The position numbers were made by a program, and so were the translations under genes. From the NCBI GenBank assembly GCA_024679065.1, contig JAGIQG010000011.1, positions 71,300,001 through 71,364,000 on the forward strand: a stretch of 64,000 nucleotides of DNA, in the 5' to 3' direction. Source of the stretch: Sphyrna mokarran (taxonomy: Eukaryota). Positions 47,973-61,869 of this stretch are shown piece after piece. The notes beneath the pieces were generated by a model. That model was not told where the DNA came from and searched no databases. It saw only the letters and a list, made by a program, of their open reading frames with translations. Each line of letters opens with the position of its first letter. The stretch's first letter is position 1.

Positions 47973-50909
47973 TTCTTCTATTCTGGGTAAACAGCCACAT
48001 GCTTTGTTTACTTGGTTTTGGATGCAAACTGACGGTTGGTATGTCTAACAGGCCTATTTGTAGTGTTTGTTCATTAAATGCTTCATGTTGGTTGGACATC
48101 TACCCAGTAGTGAGAGAAATGCAGGTGAATAATTGTACAACCAGCAAGTATGGCTTACAGAGATCTACTTGTGATCTGTATTGATGGATGAAAATCATCA
48201 ATCTGATCAGTGCTGGGAATTTTCCAACTGTATTCGTTGGGGGATCAGTATCTTGGAAGGTGGCATTTATTACCATTTACATGTTGGCACAGATTTACTA
48301 CAGGTATGAATGCCAATCAACTACCCCTGTTTTATGTTCAGCTGCTCCTGTTTTTTCAGCTGCTATTTTGAGGCATGAACCCACAGTGCCAACTTATCTG
48401 TAGGATCATGGCGCAATGAAAACTTATAAGGCTTTAACATCATTTCATATAGTACATAGCACACTATCACGAGAGTTGATTTTGGCTACAACTGAAACTA
48501 GAACTTTGGCCCAAAGGCTCCCTTGCAATAGTGAGAGCATTCTTGAGTATTCCTATGTTGCAACCCAAAGGTTTTCAAGGTCAGAGACACCGAGATCAAG
48601 ATGTGCCACCATGCGGATGTAATAACTTTTCAGTCGCAAAAGTCCCTTCATCAAAATCCGTTTATTTACAAACTCTAACAGCAGAGTGCTAGCAGATAGC
48701 AGTCTATCTGTGGGGGTGTCAGAGTCACTGACATTCCCAATAAAGTTCAAGGCAAAGACTTCCTGATTGACTCATCAATTGGATCCTTAACAATGAGTTC
48801 ATACTTCAGTAGGCCGACCTCAATAACCTGATTGAAGTCATTACAGTGGGTTTCAGATTCGTTGGCGAAGATTGCATTATCATTATGATTATGGTGAGTT
48901 GATCTGTTGTCATAATGGAAAATTAGTTAATGAATGGGAGGTAGTGGAATCTTTTAAGTTGAAATCTAACAATCATATCTTCTTATCAATGACCATCTGA
49001 TTGTTTCACTGATGAATCACAGGATATTTTTAAGTTTAGTTAACAAACCACAATTTGTAGAGGAGACTGATCAGAGAAGGAAAGGTATCCATATGAACCT
49101 AAAGGTGATTAGGAATAACTGAATATGAAAGGCACTGACACCAGTGAAAATTCCCTCTCGTTGAAAGCCTGGATTTAACAGAAAAATACCGTAAGATTCA
49201 CATGCATAAGCCACAGGGTAGAAGATAAGCACAATAGTTTTCCTATCTTATCCCTCACCTTTATCTGCAGACTTGTGCCAGGCACAGAAAAATGAGCTAT
49301 GTTGGAATCTTTGTGATCTGTTTGCTTTCAAACTAATGCCATTACATTATACTGTGTACCTTTAACATAAAAATAAACCTTTGAGACACACATTTTTATA
49401 ACCACTCTTTGACTTTATAAGGACAGATGTATGTCTGCCCCAAATGACTCTCGGATACTATTTTTTGGGAGTGTCTCCAGTATTGTGGGCGTCACACCCA
49501 CACCTACTGATGTGGTTCAACTTTACCCTGGGGAGGCATGAAATTAAGCAACTCTGAATCGTTTACATAGATACGTTTGATCTAAATTGCATTGAAAACC
49601 ACTCCAAATTAAAAGCATCTGTATAAATGTGAAATGTTTGTTTCCTATGTCTGGTAGAAATAGGACTGACTCTGACAGGCACATGTTCATGTGATGAGAA
49701 AGACCACATTTATACATACCTCGAGGACATTCGCTTTATATATAAGAATGTCTTATCCTACATTAATGGCATCACTTAGTTATTTTAAGTTGTACCCTTG
49801 TTTTGAATCTCAGAGTATCATACTCTCAAGGAACAATATTAAATTATGATTAATGAGAAATCTCTACTTTGATCTAATCAAAGACATTTGAAAAATTGTG
49901 CAATTAAAAATGATGTAATTCTACTTTAACATAAATATACAAGAGTGCTAGCTTATTTTGTGTGATGTGGGAAATGGTAACAAGTAGTTGAGTTGTCCTT
50001 GAACAATCTTGGTGCTTAATTGGTTTGAGGAGAAGGTAACTTCTAGAAATGCTTTCTGCATTGAGGATTGCTTCCCCTTTGTAAATGTGTCTATTTTAAC
50101 TAAATGCTGGCTGGACACTAGGTCCACATTGTCTATTATGCAGCAGCCACAGTATCCTGAATCATCAGCAGTTGCCAGAGGCTGTGAAAAGTGTGAGGGA
50201 GATCCTCTGTGTAAAAAAAAACCTGTGTCAAAACAATCTCAAATTTATCTACTGACCTTCAGCATACCGGTATATGCTGTACTTCTGACCCTAATGAGAT
50301 GTGCCTAAGGGAGAAAAAGCATCAGTAAGCAACTGCTATATCCTGGTGTACAACGGTTCAAATTAGATAGTAATTAATTACTCACAGAATCTTCAGTGGT
50401 GACTGTTCATGTGTATTGGATTATTGCCCATTTCTGTTGGTTTCTATACTGCGTCAGTGTATTTTGTTGGACTACTAATTGTACTTGCTCCTTGGCATCA
50501 GGCTTCCTAATTCTTAGTATCTATTTTGGTTCACATTATGGCTTCCATGTTTGTCCTTTCTAACTATTGTCAATCTTGATTAATGAACCTTCATTAATAA
50601 ACATCCTGCTTTTTGGTTTCCACCTACAATTGCTACATGGCGATGCATGGAATCAATTAGTCTGTACAATGTGATTTATTCTGCTCAGATCTTGGGAGCA
50701 GGTCAAAGTTCATTGACGCCAATTTTAGCAGTTGTGACTTTATACCAAGAATAATGGTTTGCCCTTCAAGTTTAAATTGGTGGATTTTTAAGTATTCTAC
50801 AAATCTTATTATGAAATGAACTGAAATCATGAGTCATTTGATTGTTAGACTATTTTAGCTTTGTAAAATGAATTGTAATTCTTCCTTAATGGTTAATAGT
50901 TAGAATTGG

Positions 50910-51228
50910 ATAGAATCCCTACAGTGCAGAAGGAGGCCATTCAGCCCATCAACAACAGTCCTACCCAGGACCCATCCCTGTAACCTCACACATTTACTCT
51001 GCTAATCTCCCTGACACCAAGGGGCGATTTAGCATGGCAAATCCACTATCCTGCACATTTTTGGAGTGTGGAAGGAAACCAGAGCACTCTGACAAAATTC
51101 ATTCAGACTTGGGAGAACATGAAAACTCCACACAGATAGTCACCCAAGGCTGGAATTGAATCCAGATGCCTAGCGCTATTACTATGAGGTAGTAATGTTA
51201 ACTACTGCCTAACCTCCATGCCACCCAT
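50910..51228 (-). mobile_element. HE1-type V-SINE
   Basis: atagaatccctacagtgcagaaggaggccattcagcccatc tail; gtcacccaaggctggaattgaatcc B-box region. Confidence 0.88.
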
Positions 51229-51329
51229 AAAAGTGAGTGGCACAGCAGTTTGCACTGCTGTCTCACTTTAAAAATGACTGATTTTCTGAAGGGAACTTTA
51301 CCTAAACTCTTTTAAAATGTAATGTGAAA

Positions 51330-51785
51330 AAGAAAGAGAAGACTTCACAACATTTCACAGTCTCAGGATGCCCCAAAGCCCTTCATAAACATTTTTCAAA
51401 GCATTATCTTACAAGTTAGTATTACCAGCACAACATAGGAAAGACACAGCAGCCAAAATTGTACACAAGGTCCCACAAATAAAAATAAGCGAAATAATCT
51501 GATAACACAGTTTTTTTTTTCTTTTGATGACTTTGGCTTGAGGGATAAAACTTGGCCTGGACAACTTTCCTGCTCTGCTGTGAAGAGCGGCAAAGGATAT
51601 TTTACATCCATCTGAGAAAAGTTAGTCAGAGACTTGCTTTCAAATCTCATCTGAAAGGAGGTGCAGTATTCCCTCGTTAACTGCACTAAAGTGTTGTCCT
51701 ACATTATCTGCTCAAATCTCTGGAGTGAGGTTTCAAAACATAACCATCTGACTCAGAGTTAAGAATGCTCCATTGAGCCAAGGCT
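51330..51785 (-). mobile_element. Deu-SINE (SacSINE1-like), near full length
   Basis: Collinear with 32717-33134 (ttttacatcca, catctgaaag, gctcaaatctctggagtg, ctgactcagag, ttgagccaaggct). Confidence 0.75.
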
Positions 51786-52629
51786 TGTTAGATTACTTTC
51801 TAGTTGGATTTAATTGCAAGCTCTAAAGGAAGGTCCAGTAACTCCTCTACGGTGCTGACGTGATCAGATTTTTGTACACATTTTCAACATGTTTAGTATT
51901 GGCAATTATTGGCTGTTTTAACCAGCCCACTTAGCTACAGGATCCTGTAACATTATCTGCCAACAGGAGTCAATTTTAAAGCTCCAGGTCACCAACAGGG
52001 ACCCTAGCCCACCATCAGTGGAAATTAATAAACCGACTGACCACAGGTTGGAAAATCATAGTCCATGAATCCCTGAGTTTCTGACGTGTGCTGCCAGCAG
52101 GTAAGGGTGTGTGTCATCTGCACGTACTTGTAAAATCTACCCCGATGTATAATTAACAACTATTGAAAATAAACGAAGCTGCAATACAGTCCATTAATAC
52201 CTCCCTTCTTGGCATCTAATGAAGAATGATATTGGCAGTTCTCTGGACCACACAAGTCACTCCAGCTAAAGCCAATTGCAAAATTGCACAGATTCATCAT
52301 CATCTTGTTCTTTTTGCATTCAGTGCCCGATAAATCCCATTTATCCTTCATATGGCTTTTCCCTGCTTGAGTGGTGTTTTTAAAGATCTGAATATCTGCA
52401 CCCCATTTCGTTGAGATTTTAAATCTCTGTCAACAAATGAGAGCCAATTTTAACTCAGCCCATGGGAGTGTTGTGGTATTAAAATTTCCGTGCAGCAGTT
52501 GTGGCTTCATTGTCACTAAACTGCCATGTTTACTAGAGCTTTTTATTGGATTTAGGCAAGAGTCCCATGACAACATGCAAATTAAAGCCATAGGATGTAC
52601 ATTAGCACCACATTAGTGCCAAGAATTAC

Positions 52630-53200
52630 CATTATTTGCAAAAGGAAGCCTAATCACCCTCCCTTAATGTTCAATGGCATTGCCATTGCAAAATCATTAT
52701 GGATAAAAAGTTCAGCTGGGCCAGCACATGCCATAGAGTAGGGCAGAAACTGGGTATCTTGTGGCAAATGAGTCACGTCCAAAGTTTCTTCACTACTATT
52801 ATGACGTGTCAAAAAGTAATGGATGTTTTCCATTTGTCTGGATGGAAGACCATATAAATAGGTCTGCACCATCCAGGATGAGGCAATCAGCATCTTCTCT
52901 ACCAGCTTAAACATCTACTCCTTCCATCATCAGTGACGTGGCTGCAGTGTGTACTGTCTGCGGGACAAGACACATGACAAAGTCATCGCTTCCCCTAAGT
53001 CACACACAAATCCAACAGGCATCATTACCATCACTTCAGCTTTGTTGGATTAAAACTTTGGAATTCCCTACCTAACAGTATTGCACACATACTTTGATTC
53101 CAGTGACTTCACAAGTTTCAGAAGAAGGCCCACCACCCCTTTCCCAAGGGAAACTAAGTAAGGGCAATAAATGCCAGTTTTGTCAGTGAAAAAAATTAGG
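52630..53200 (+). mobile_element. Degenerate CR1-group LINE 3' end
   Basis: accatccaggatgaggca..., tggaattccctacctaacag, and tail gggcaataaatgcc; similar to 43910-44272. Confidence 0.65.
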
Positions 53201-53472
53201 GCAGGTACTGACAATATGTTGAGGCAGTGATCAGGGACAGCACTTATTCTGAAAACATTCACTCTTATTATGATTGATATGACTTATTCATTCAGGCTCA
53301 GGTTAGGAAAGTTGTCAAGAAACTCCTCTGGTGGGAAGTGGCCAGTCATACTAACAAGTCTAATGGTGAATCACTGAATAGGAAATGAGTCAGAGGACAG
53401 ACCACCCACTTTTAGTGGTCAGAAGTATAAAAAGAAGAGAAACATTCATGTTGAAGGTCAATCTATCTGGTT

Positions 53473-53534
53473 GTGCCTAGGAAGGAATCCCAGAGCCTGG
53501 GAAGGAATCCCAGTGCCTAGGAAGGAATCCCAGT
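53473..53534. repeat. 20-bp tandem repeat, 3 copies
   Basis: gtgcctaggaaggaatccca / gagcctgggaaggaatccca / gtgcctaggaaggaatccca. Confidence 0.95.
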
Positions 53535-55355
53535 CTTGTGAGGAAAGAACTCACTCATCTTAATCATTGAGCATCCCCAAAACAAAAGGCTAACCAGGCA
53601 AAGTTAGGTTTGCCAATAATGTGGCATGGTTTCTTACTTCTCCTATTCATGAACGGAAGTTAAGTGCAGTGTCTCATGATTATTACTATTTTTCTGTATT
53701 TAGGCTGACTGTCTGCAAATATACTGGCTGAACCATTTATATCTGGCCTTTTCTCACTTAACTGGTTGCAGTCCGGATGCTGACAGGTTGGTGAGGCACA
53801 CGTAACGGCATATGTGAGAGCCTCAGTGTCCAATTCAGACCACAAGGGGGTACTATTGTTATTCCCTGGGGATAGTCTATTGTATGATTAAATATCGGGC
53901 AGTGTTGGCACAGTAAGGTGTGCGGATCACCTAGCAGAGTGTCCCGTCCCGCTGAACCCAGAAGAACATTTAATTGGGACCCGACAAAGCATTATGACAA
54001 AGAAATAGGCATATATAAAATCTGCATCTGTAGCTTATCAAGTTAAGGAGGCAAACAGTGACTCTACCAGTTAATACGTCAACTTCTCTTTTAAGCAATG
54101 TATGCACTGGATTTTACGGTAGTAATTTCTAGGCATTCAATAATAATCATGAATTCTAATCATTCATGCACTAATCACTAATATCAAGTAGTAAACCAAA
54201 CCACTTCTTTTCCGTTTGTGTTTTAATATCCATTTCCCCTCTTTTCATTTCATTTTCCACGTTATTTAACAGTCAACTAGGTGGGTTGGCCTATGAAACA
54301 AAATATGAAGGGCATCAATTTAGATGGCACTACTTTGTAGTTTGACCAGTAAGATACGTACATCAGCTCACGATTAATATTGGTGATTCTGTCTACATTG
54401 CAGCTGCTAATTTAGGCTTGTACAGATTTTACAGCTGGTCTGTATCAAAAGGCATCGTGTGGATGGTGCAAATGTGATTATGCTGCTTTTCCTGCAAAGT
54501 AAAAATGTTGCACTGCTGGTTTTAATCTATCTGAGAATCAAAATGATTCAAATCAGACTCATCAAAAAGCCTGATTCAACTAACCATTGGACTTCCACCC
54601 CCATGCTCAAAATAGCACATACAGCAAACTGTAATGTAATAGCTTATGACACATATTCCATTTTTGATGGCAAGGTGCTCTTTAAATTCATGAGAGAGCA
54701 CAATAAGAGAAAGCAGCCATTAGAGAGTAGTACTGAGCTTCTTTTTTACCACAAAGGTGAGACTGTTGAGACTTTGAAACATCAAAGAGAGGGGAAGGAA
54801 ATATCCCCAATACACCAAGGAATCATTTGACTCAAATTAAGCCAAGTAGATCATTAATCCAATCGAACCACATTCTAGCCACCAGAAGTAGTAGATATAT
54901 CAAACAGTTAGGTCACTACTGAGGTCATACAGAATGACCTGAGAGGCTGCTCAGTTAAAACATTGAATTTATCCCAATACACTAGTGATTATGAAAATAA
55001 TTCCAACAGCATTGCTGAGGTGGTACAACTTGGATGCGTTATCCAAGATTATTATGGAGACTGAATGCTAAGCCATCATAAAGATATGTTGGATGCTTAA
55101 ACCACTATAGAGTTCTCATGCTTTGGCCTATATGCTCTATAGCACCATTGAGATTAGATAGTTAACGTTTTTGTAGAAAGACACAGAGATGAGAAACTTA
55201 ATTGCCAATGAGCTCACTTGCTTAGAAAATTTGCGATACATCTGCAAAAGATAATGGAAGTAATTTTAAACTTGAAATGGATAGGGAAACTGGTAGTGGG
55301 GGGAATTGGTTGCCATTCAACTAATTTCCCAGCTAGATTGTTCCCAAATCTGGAG

Positions 55356-55675
55356 AATCATAGAATCCCTACAATATATAGGGAGGGCTCTCAGCTCATC
55401 AGGTATGCACTGATGCTCCAATAGAGCATCCTATCCAGTACCTATGCCCGTAATCCCATGTATTTACCCCATTAATCCCCCTAAACTGCACAGTTTGGGA
55501 CACTAAGAGGCAATTTAGTATGGCCAATCAATTTTGGAGTTGAAACATCTGGAGAAAACCAACACAGACCCAGGGAAAATGTGCAAACTCTGCACAGATA
55601 GTCACCCAAGGCCGGAATCGAACCCGGTCCCTGGTGCTGTGAGACAGTAGTGCTAACTACTGCATCATTGTGTTA
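55356..55675 (-). mobile_element. HE1-type V-SINE
   Basis: gaatcatagaatccctaca tail; gtcacccaaggccggaatcgaacccgg B box; gtgctaactactg A-box region. Confidence 0.88.
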
Positions 55676-56552
55676 GCCTGTTTTGTCTATAAGTGGGAGT
55701 TCAACTTTCGTCCACCCTTTGTTTCAGAAAAGCCTACAGAAGCCCATGAGAGAGAGAGCCAACTCTCCTGCTGTCAGGAGCAATGCAATAGAATGTGCAG
55801 GCAAGATGGAACAACATGGTAGCTTGTATTCCATGTGGAAGGCTTGTTCTTCTGAGGGAGACAAGTCACTAAAATTCAAATCAGGCTTCAAGATATTTGA
55901 ATTTCCACTTTTGAAGAAATACTTTCTGTATTGATTCAAATTAAACATCACCCTGACATTTTAACCTGCCTACGTATAGGTTCATGTGTGGCTTTAAGTA
56001 GGTATTATGCGGAACAGTAATTACAATTTTTGCTGATACCAGTTCAATTCTTGACTGTGGGTTAGAATGAGGTATATGAAAATAACTGGGTTGGACACTA
56101 AATTTGATCAATTTTGGCTGATGTAGCTGAACCAATGCTGAGTAAACATGAAGACAAATGCGCACAGATGTAGCACAGAAGTACATCAAAGGCTTTGTGT
56201 TTGAATTTAGTCCACTGGATATGATGTCGTATGTACTATTTCAGTAATGACTAGGTTAGCTTTGGCATGTGAGTTGCTCTTAATACTCCACTAGGATCAG
56301 GTCTGTATTCCAAATGTTAAGACAGTTTTTTCGTGGAATAAAAGGATTTCACACAAAGAATCACTTTTATCTCTGCATCGACTCCGTACTGCCAACTGTA
56401 ACTGCAGGTTACTGATCCACATGACTCAATTCAAACCGGTCACAGTTGATACACATGTTTTGAAATTATTAATTGGCACCATGTGATTTCAATTAAAAAC
56501 AATAACTTTCTACAAACATTAGTTTTTATGACATTAACTGGCACCAAAGATG

Positions 56553-56750
56553 TTTTTTTTTTAATTTATTCATGGGATGTGGGTGTCGCTGGCTGGGTCA
56601 GCAGTTATTGCCCCCAGTCCTAATTGTCCTTGAAATGAGTGACTCGTTTAGCCATTTACAAATCAACCTCATTGCTGTAGCTCTGGAGTCACATGTCGGC
56701 CAGACCAGGCAAGGACATTAACCATCGGCAATGGCTTCATGATCATCACT
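56553..56750 (-). mobile_element. SINE 3' fragment sharing its tail with the CR1-group LINE
   Basis: ttattcatgggatgtgggtgtcgctggctgggtcagcagttattgccc...ctggagtcacatgtcggccagaccagg. Confidence 0.75.
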
Positions 56751-56754
56751 GGCT

Positions 56755-57035
56755 CACAAAATCATTGCAGAAGAAATTCTTTGGCCCATCAGATTTGCAC
56801 CAATATGTGAGAGTCCCCTAACCAGCCCTATTTACCAGCACTTGGTCCATAGCCTTGGATGCAATGATATTGCCAAGTGTCCGTCCAAGTACTTTTTAAA
56901 GATGAGAGGCAATCTGCTTCCACCGCCCTCCCAGGCAGTGCATTCCAGATATTCAGCACCTTCTGGTTAAAGAAGTTTTTCTGCACATTCCCCCTCAATC
57001 CCTTGCCCTTCACCTTGAATTTGCAACCCCTATCA
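56755..57035 (-). mobile_element. CR1 (HER1-like) LINE 3' fragment
   Basis: ORF 56828-57214 contains FKVKGKGLRGNVQKNFFNQKVLNIWNALP, the typical CR1 ORF2 C-terminus (FFxQRVVxxWNxLP). Confidence 0.85.
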
Positions 57036-57974
57036 CCACAGCTCTTCCTTACTTCTTCTCCGCCTGTATGGTCAGGCTGCTTGGAGCTGTTCTCACTGTC
57101 TAGAGGAACTAACACCTTCATCAGCCTCCAAAATGGAATACCAACTTCGCGAGCGGGATCCCTTAAGTATCTACCTGTTTCTCTTGACCTGGTCACCCAT
57201 TCCCTTCCTTTCACGATGCTCTCAGACTGGCATTATATTGCACTTAACATCCCACCACTCGTCTCCTGGGCTCCTAACCTGGAATTCAGCCTAACATATG
57301 AATTAGCACATCATGTTAGAAAATAACCCCACAAAATTGGTGTCCCCTCCCACCAACCCCATCCTGGGGTGAATATTCATTATGGATAATTGCCACTAAT
57401 TGCCCCCATTTGCAGGCATTTGAGGAAGCTATGAAAATAAGCACTTTTTGATGGCAGAGTACCAGGACACTAATAGGTATGTTTTAAAAGCTTCTTGAAT
57501 ATAATTACTTTTAAGTGAGGAAATTAATTTTTTCTGTACAGATTTAAAACAATCACTTTCAGTAATTTAAATCGGAGTGCTCACGGGTACAGGCTCAGGT
57601 TAAAAAAGCTTATTTTGGTGATATGCCATTTCCAGCTGTATAAACGGCTTGCTTTGGTCCTTCTCAGGTTTGCAGGTGTAATAAAAAGAAAATGCGGCAT
57701 CGCTTTGTACACTTCTGCTGTAATTCCTGGGTGGAAACTGAATTGGTGTAAATTCCCACCTGCAGAGATTCAGGGGCCTTTATAAAAGCATTCAGCGACT
57801 TTATTTTTTTGTTCCACTTGCGCCATCAATGGATTTCCCAAGAGATGTAAATCTTTTGGAGGAAGAAGAGGAGGATGAATGGAGGGATATCAAGAATGCC
57901 TGGCTGCACCAAAGCAATTGTGTACCATTCATTGGTACCCTCAAATCCGCACCTGCCATCAAAGGTTGACATTT

Positions 57975-58375
57975 CCTTTGCCCATTCGCAGGGTGTGGGT
58001 GTCGCTAGCAATTTATTGTCTATCACTCATTACTTTTGACAAAGTTGCTGGGAAGCCGCCTTTTTGAGTGGTGCACTGGGTCCATTCAAAGAGTAGTTTT
58101 AAGTCAACCACGTTGTTATAGGTCTGGAGTCACATGTAGATCAGACCAGGTAAGGATAGTAGGTTTCCTTCCCTAAAGGGCATTAGTGAATCAACTCGGG
58201 GTTTGAACAACAATCTGGTAGTTTTGTGGTCACTATTACTGACAGTAGATTTTTATTCCAGGTTTATTTAATTAACTGAAGTTGAATTTCCCACCAAGGG
58301 ATTTGAACTCCCGTCACAAAATTATTAGTTCAGGCCTCTGGGACAAATCCAGTAAAATAGCAAAAATATTCTGTG
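57975..58375 (-). mobile_element. tRNA-derived SINE, near full length
   Basis: B box gagttcaaatccc on the minus strand near 58300; body matches the reverse of 27515-27715. Confidence 0.75.
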
Positions 58376-59584
58376 CCCATATTTCATTTGGAGAGCAAAT
58401 TAATACACACAGGGAGTTGAATTCCAAAAGAAGGCTATGGTTCACACCTATGTGAAGATGCGACTAACTGTATAGTAAGACAATCTCTGAAAGAAAACCA
58501 AATGCAGTGTGCAGTGGTTTAAGTAATATGGGTAAGAATAAAGATGTGCCAGGGCAATCAACAGGCAACATAGGCTAATTGGTCAGGTCCACAAAACAAA
58601 ACAGACCTGCACCAGACAACAACTGCAAATGTAGAGTATTGCCTTCCCAGGTTTCGAGTTAGCAGAAGGCCAGATGCACAGCGAAGCCATTTCCTGTGAG
58701 AGTTCCAGGAACTACCCTGCCATTAAATTAAAAAAAGACAATTCCTCCTGAAAGAAATTGTAGGCCATCTTGTAAAAATGAATAGAAGGAAAGATTGCAG
58801 CAAAGGAAGGAAAGAAAATAAGCCGAGCAAATTAAACAAGATGAACAGAAGGAGAGAACTAGTTCAACAGAAGTGAAAAAAAGAGAAACACAGAATTGTT
58901 TTGCTTCATTTTCAGTGTATTCAAACCTGCCTGTGTACAGTGAAGCACACAGACAGGACAGGGGGAGAGAAACAGAGTGACATAGAATTCTGAATGCAGA
59001 ATGTGGCCAAGATTTTCTGTCTTTGAGATTGTTAGCCTATAATTTACTGCCTTAAATGAGCAAGTAATGAGTCCAACGGTGCAAAGTCTCAGCTCATGGT
59101 TAAAAAGATCTACATTCAAAATGCTACTGAAACTTCCACACGTGTAAAATAAGGTACAAGTGGGATACATGCAGCTAGTATCATTGTTTGTTCAGTTCTG
59201 GCGTCAATCTGTGACAAAGTTATAAAGATTTTGAGTAGGTCATGAAATTCTCAATTATATTTACCTTAGATTTTAGAACAAGATAGTATTTGTAGACCAT
59301 TATTTCATTTTTAACACTTCACTCCAGAAAGCAGTCTATGAAAATTTGTTGAAAAAGTGAGAAAAGTAATCATTTTATAATTGTAAAACTCATTAAAACG
59401 AAATTTGTGCAACTTCTGAACTGAAGAGTCAAATCGGAATGTGATTATTTTAACACCAACTGATGCGGCACAAATGTGCCTAACCAGTGGTTCAAAACAT
59501 CAACACAACAACAACATAACTGAAAGGTACAGAATCAATTTACTGTGACTCATTCCCCTGTTAATTATTCATCGAGTCATTGAG

Positions 59585-61045
59585 TCATAGATATATGCAG
59601 TATGGAAACAGGCTCTTCGGCCCAACTTGTCCATGGTGCCTTTTGTTTAAACCCCTAAGCTTGTCCCAATTGCCCGCATTTGGCCCAGATCCCTCTGTAT
59701 CCATCTCATCCCCATAACTGTCTAAACACTTTTTATAAGACAAAATTGTATCCGCCTCTATTATTACCTCTGGTGGCTTGTTCCAGACACTCACCACCCT
59801 CTGTGTGAAAAAATTGTCCCTTTGGAAACTTTTGTATCCCTCTCCTCTCACTTTAAATCTATGCCCTCTAGTTTTAGACTCTCCTACTTTGAGAAAAGAT
59901 CTTGACTATCTAGCTGATCTATGCCCTTCATTATTTTATAGACCTCAATAAGATCACTTCTCAGCTTTCTACGCTACAGAGAAAAACGTCCCAGTTTGTC
60001 CAGCCTCTCCTTATAACTCAAACATCAAGCCCCAGTAACATCCTAGTAAATCTTTCTAGTTTAATAATATACTTTCTATAATAGGGTGACCAGAACTATA
60101 CACAGTAGTCCAAGTGTGGCCTTACCAACTTCAACAAAATGTCCCAACTCTTGTATTCAATGTTTTGGCCAATGAAACCAAGCACACTGAATGCCTTCTT
60201 CATCACTCTATCCATCTATGACTCCACTTTCAATGAACTATGAAACTGTAGCCCTAGATCCCTTTGTTCTGTAACTCTCCTCAGTATCCTATCAGTAACT
60301 GAGTAAGTCCTGCCCTGGTTTCGTCTACCAAAATACATCACCTCGCATTTATTTAAATTAAACTCCACCTGCCATTCATCAGACAACTGGCCTAATTGTT
60401 CAAAGTCCTGTTGCAATCCAAGTTAACTTTCTTCACTGTCCACTATGCCACCAATCTTGGTATCATCAGCTTACAAACCACGCCTTCATATTCTCATCCA
60501 AATCATTAATATAAATGACAAATAACAGTGGACTCAGCACCAATCCCTGAGGCACACTACTGATCACAGGTCTCCAGTTTGAAAAACAACTCTCGACAGA
60601 GGGTTCTCTGGCTTCTGTCAAGAAGCCAATTCTGTATCCATTTAGTTACCCCACCCTGGATCCCCTGAGATTTAATCTTGCCAAGAACCTACCATGCAGT
60701 CCCTTGACAAAGATCTTGCTAAAATCAGTGAAGACAACATCAACTATACTGCCCTCATCTCCCTTCTTGATAACTTCTTCAAAAATCTCAATCAAATTTG
60801 AGAGACATGATTTTCCACTCACAAAGCCATGCTGACTGTCCCTAATCAGTCCTTGTGTCCCTAAATGCTGTTGATCCTGTCTTTCAAATACCTTCCAACA
60901 ACTACCCACACAGATGTGAGATTCACTGATCTGTAGGTTTTTCCTTGCAGCCGTTTTTCAATAAAGGCACAACATTTGCCACTCTCAAATCTTCAGGCAT
61001 CTCGCCTGTGAATATAGATGATTCAAATATCTCTGCTCAAGCCTC
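59585..61045 (-). mobile_element. 5'-truncated CR1 (HER1-like) LINE with disrupted reverse transcriptase
   Basis: ORF remnants LIRDSQHGFVSGKSCLSNLIEIFEEV..VDVVFTDFSK, QLSDEWQVEFNLNKCEVMYFGRRN..RDLG and NFFTQRVVSVWNKPP; frameshifts and stops between them; 3' tail at about 59585. Confidence 0.95.
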
Positions 61046-61869
61046 ATCAACCATAGACAAAGGTTGCATTGATATAGCATTTTTACCACCTCAGAGCATC
61101 TTCCATCTTTGTTTCCATGGTTCTCAGTTCACTGAAAACCATGGAAACAAAATTACATTTTATGCCAGGATTACCAAACCAAAATTTAGTCAAATTAAAT
61201 TCTAATTGATGGAAATCAAATATTGAACCAGTTATTCTTAACTATGGTTTGACGATCTTATGTTAATGATGACTCTCCAGTTTTCATGCAATTCCTATCT
61301 CTGTATCAGCAATCAGGAAAATTGTAACATAAACAAGAAAAGTTATTCTTGACAGGAACAAGGTTTGTGCCAAGTCTACTTGGTCATCTTACCCGTCCTT
61401 GAGCAATTCTCCCTTTACTACTTTAGCTGGGCTAATGAGGTATTTTCTCTGCATGCCTTTCATAATGTTTCATACATTTACTGTAAACCTTTGAAAAATA
61501 TTCTGAAAGTCGCACAGTAGTTTACATATGTAGGTTGCTTTGCATGTATCGAACAAGTATAGCATAAGATATTCAGGTCTTTCTTTGTCAGTACATGAAC
61601 TCTGTTTGATGTGAATTCATATTTCCAGAAATCATATTTTAAAACCTTCTCTATCCACATGTCTCATGGAACAACTTAACCTCATCTACATTATAAATGT
61701 ACATTACTCATTTTTTTTTTGCTGACATGTTGTCATTTTCATATCTAGCCGGTTAGAATACTAGGCAGTAGCATTAGCTATTAACAAAAACTCCAGTCTA
61801 AACCACATTTAGCATGCTGAGGGTAGTTCTGGGCATTAGGAAGAATATGTTGCTCTTGGGGCATGTGGA

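Noticed and set aside
48480-48950. Possible very old LINE RT fragment (minus strand, KGLLRLKSYYIR)
   Set aside because: Resemblance to CR1 RT is limited to a few residues; too weak to call without an HMM search.
53473-53534. Possible CRISPR-like direct repeats
   Set aside because: Contiguous 20-bp tandem units with no spacers, in vertebrate DNA.
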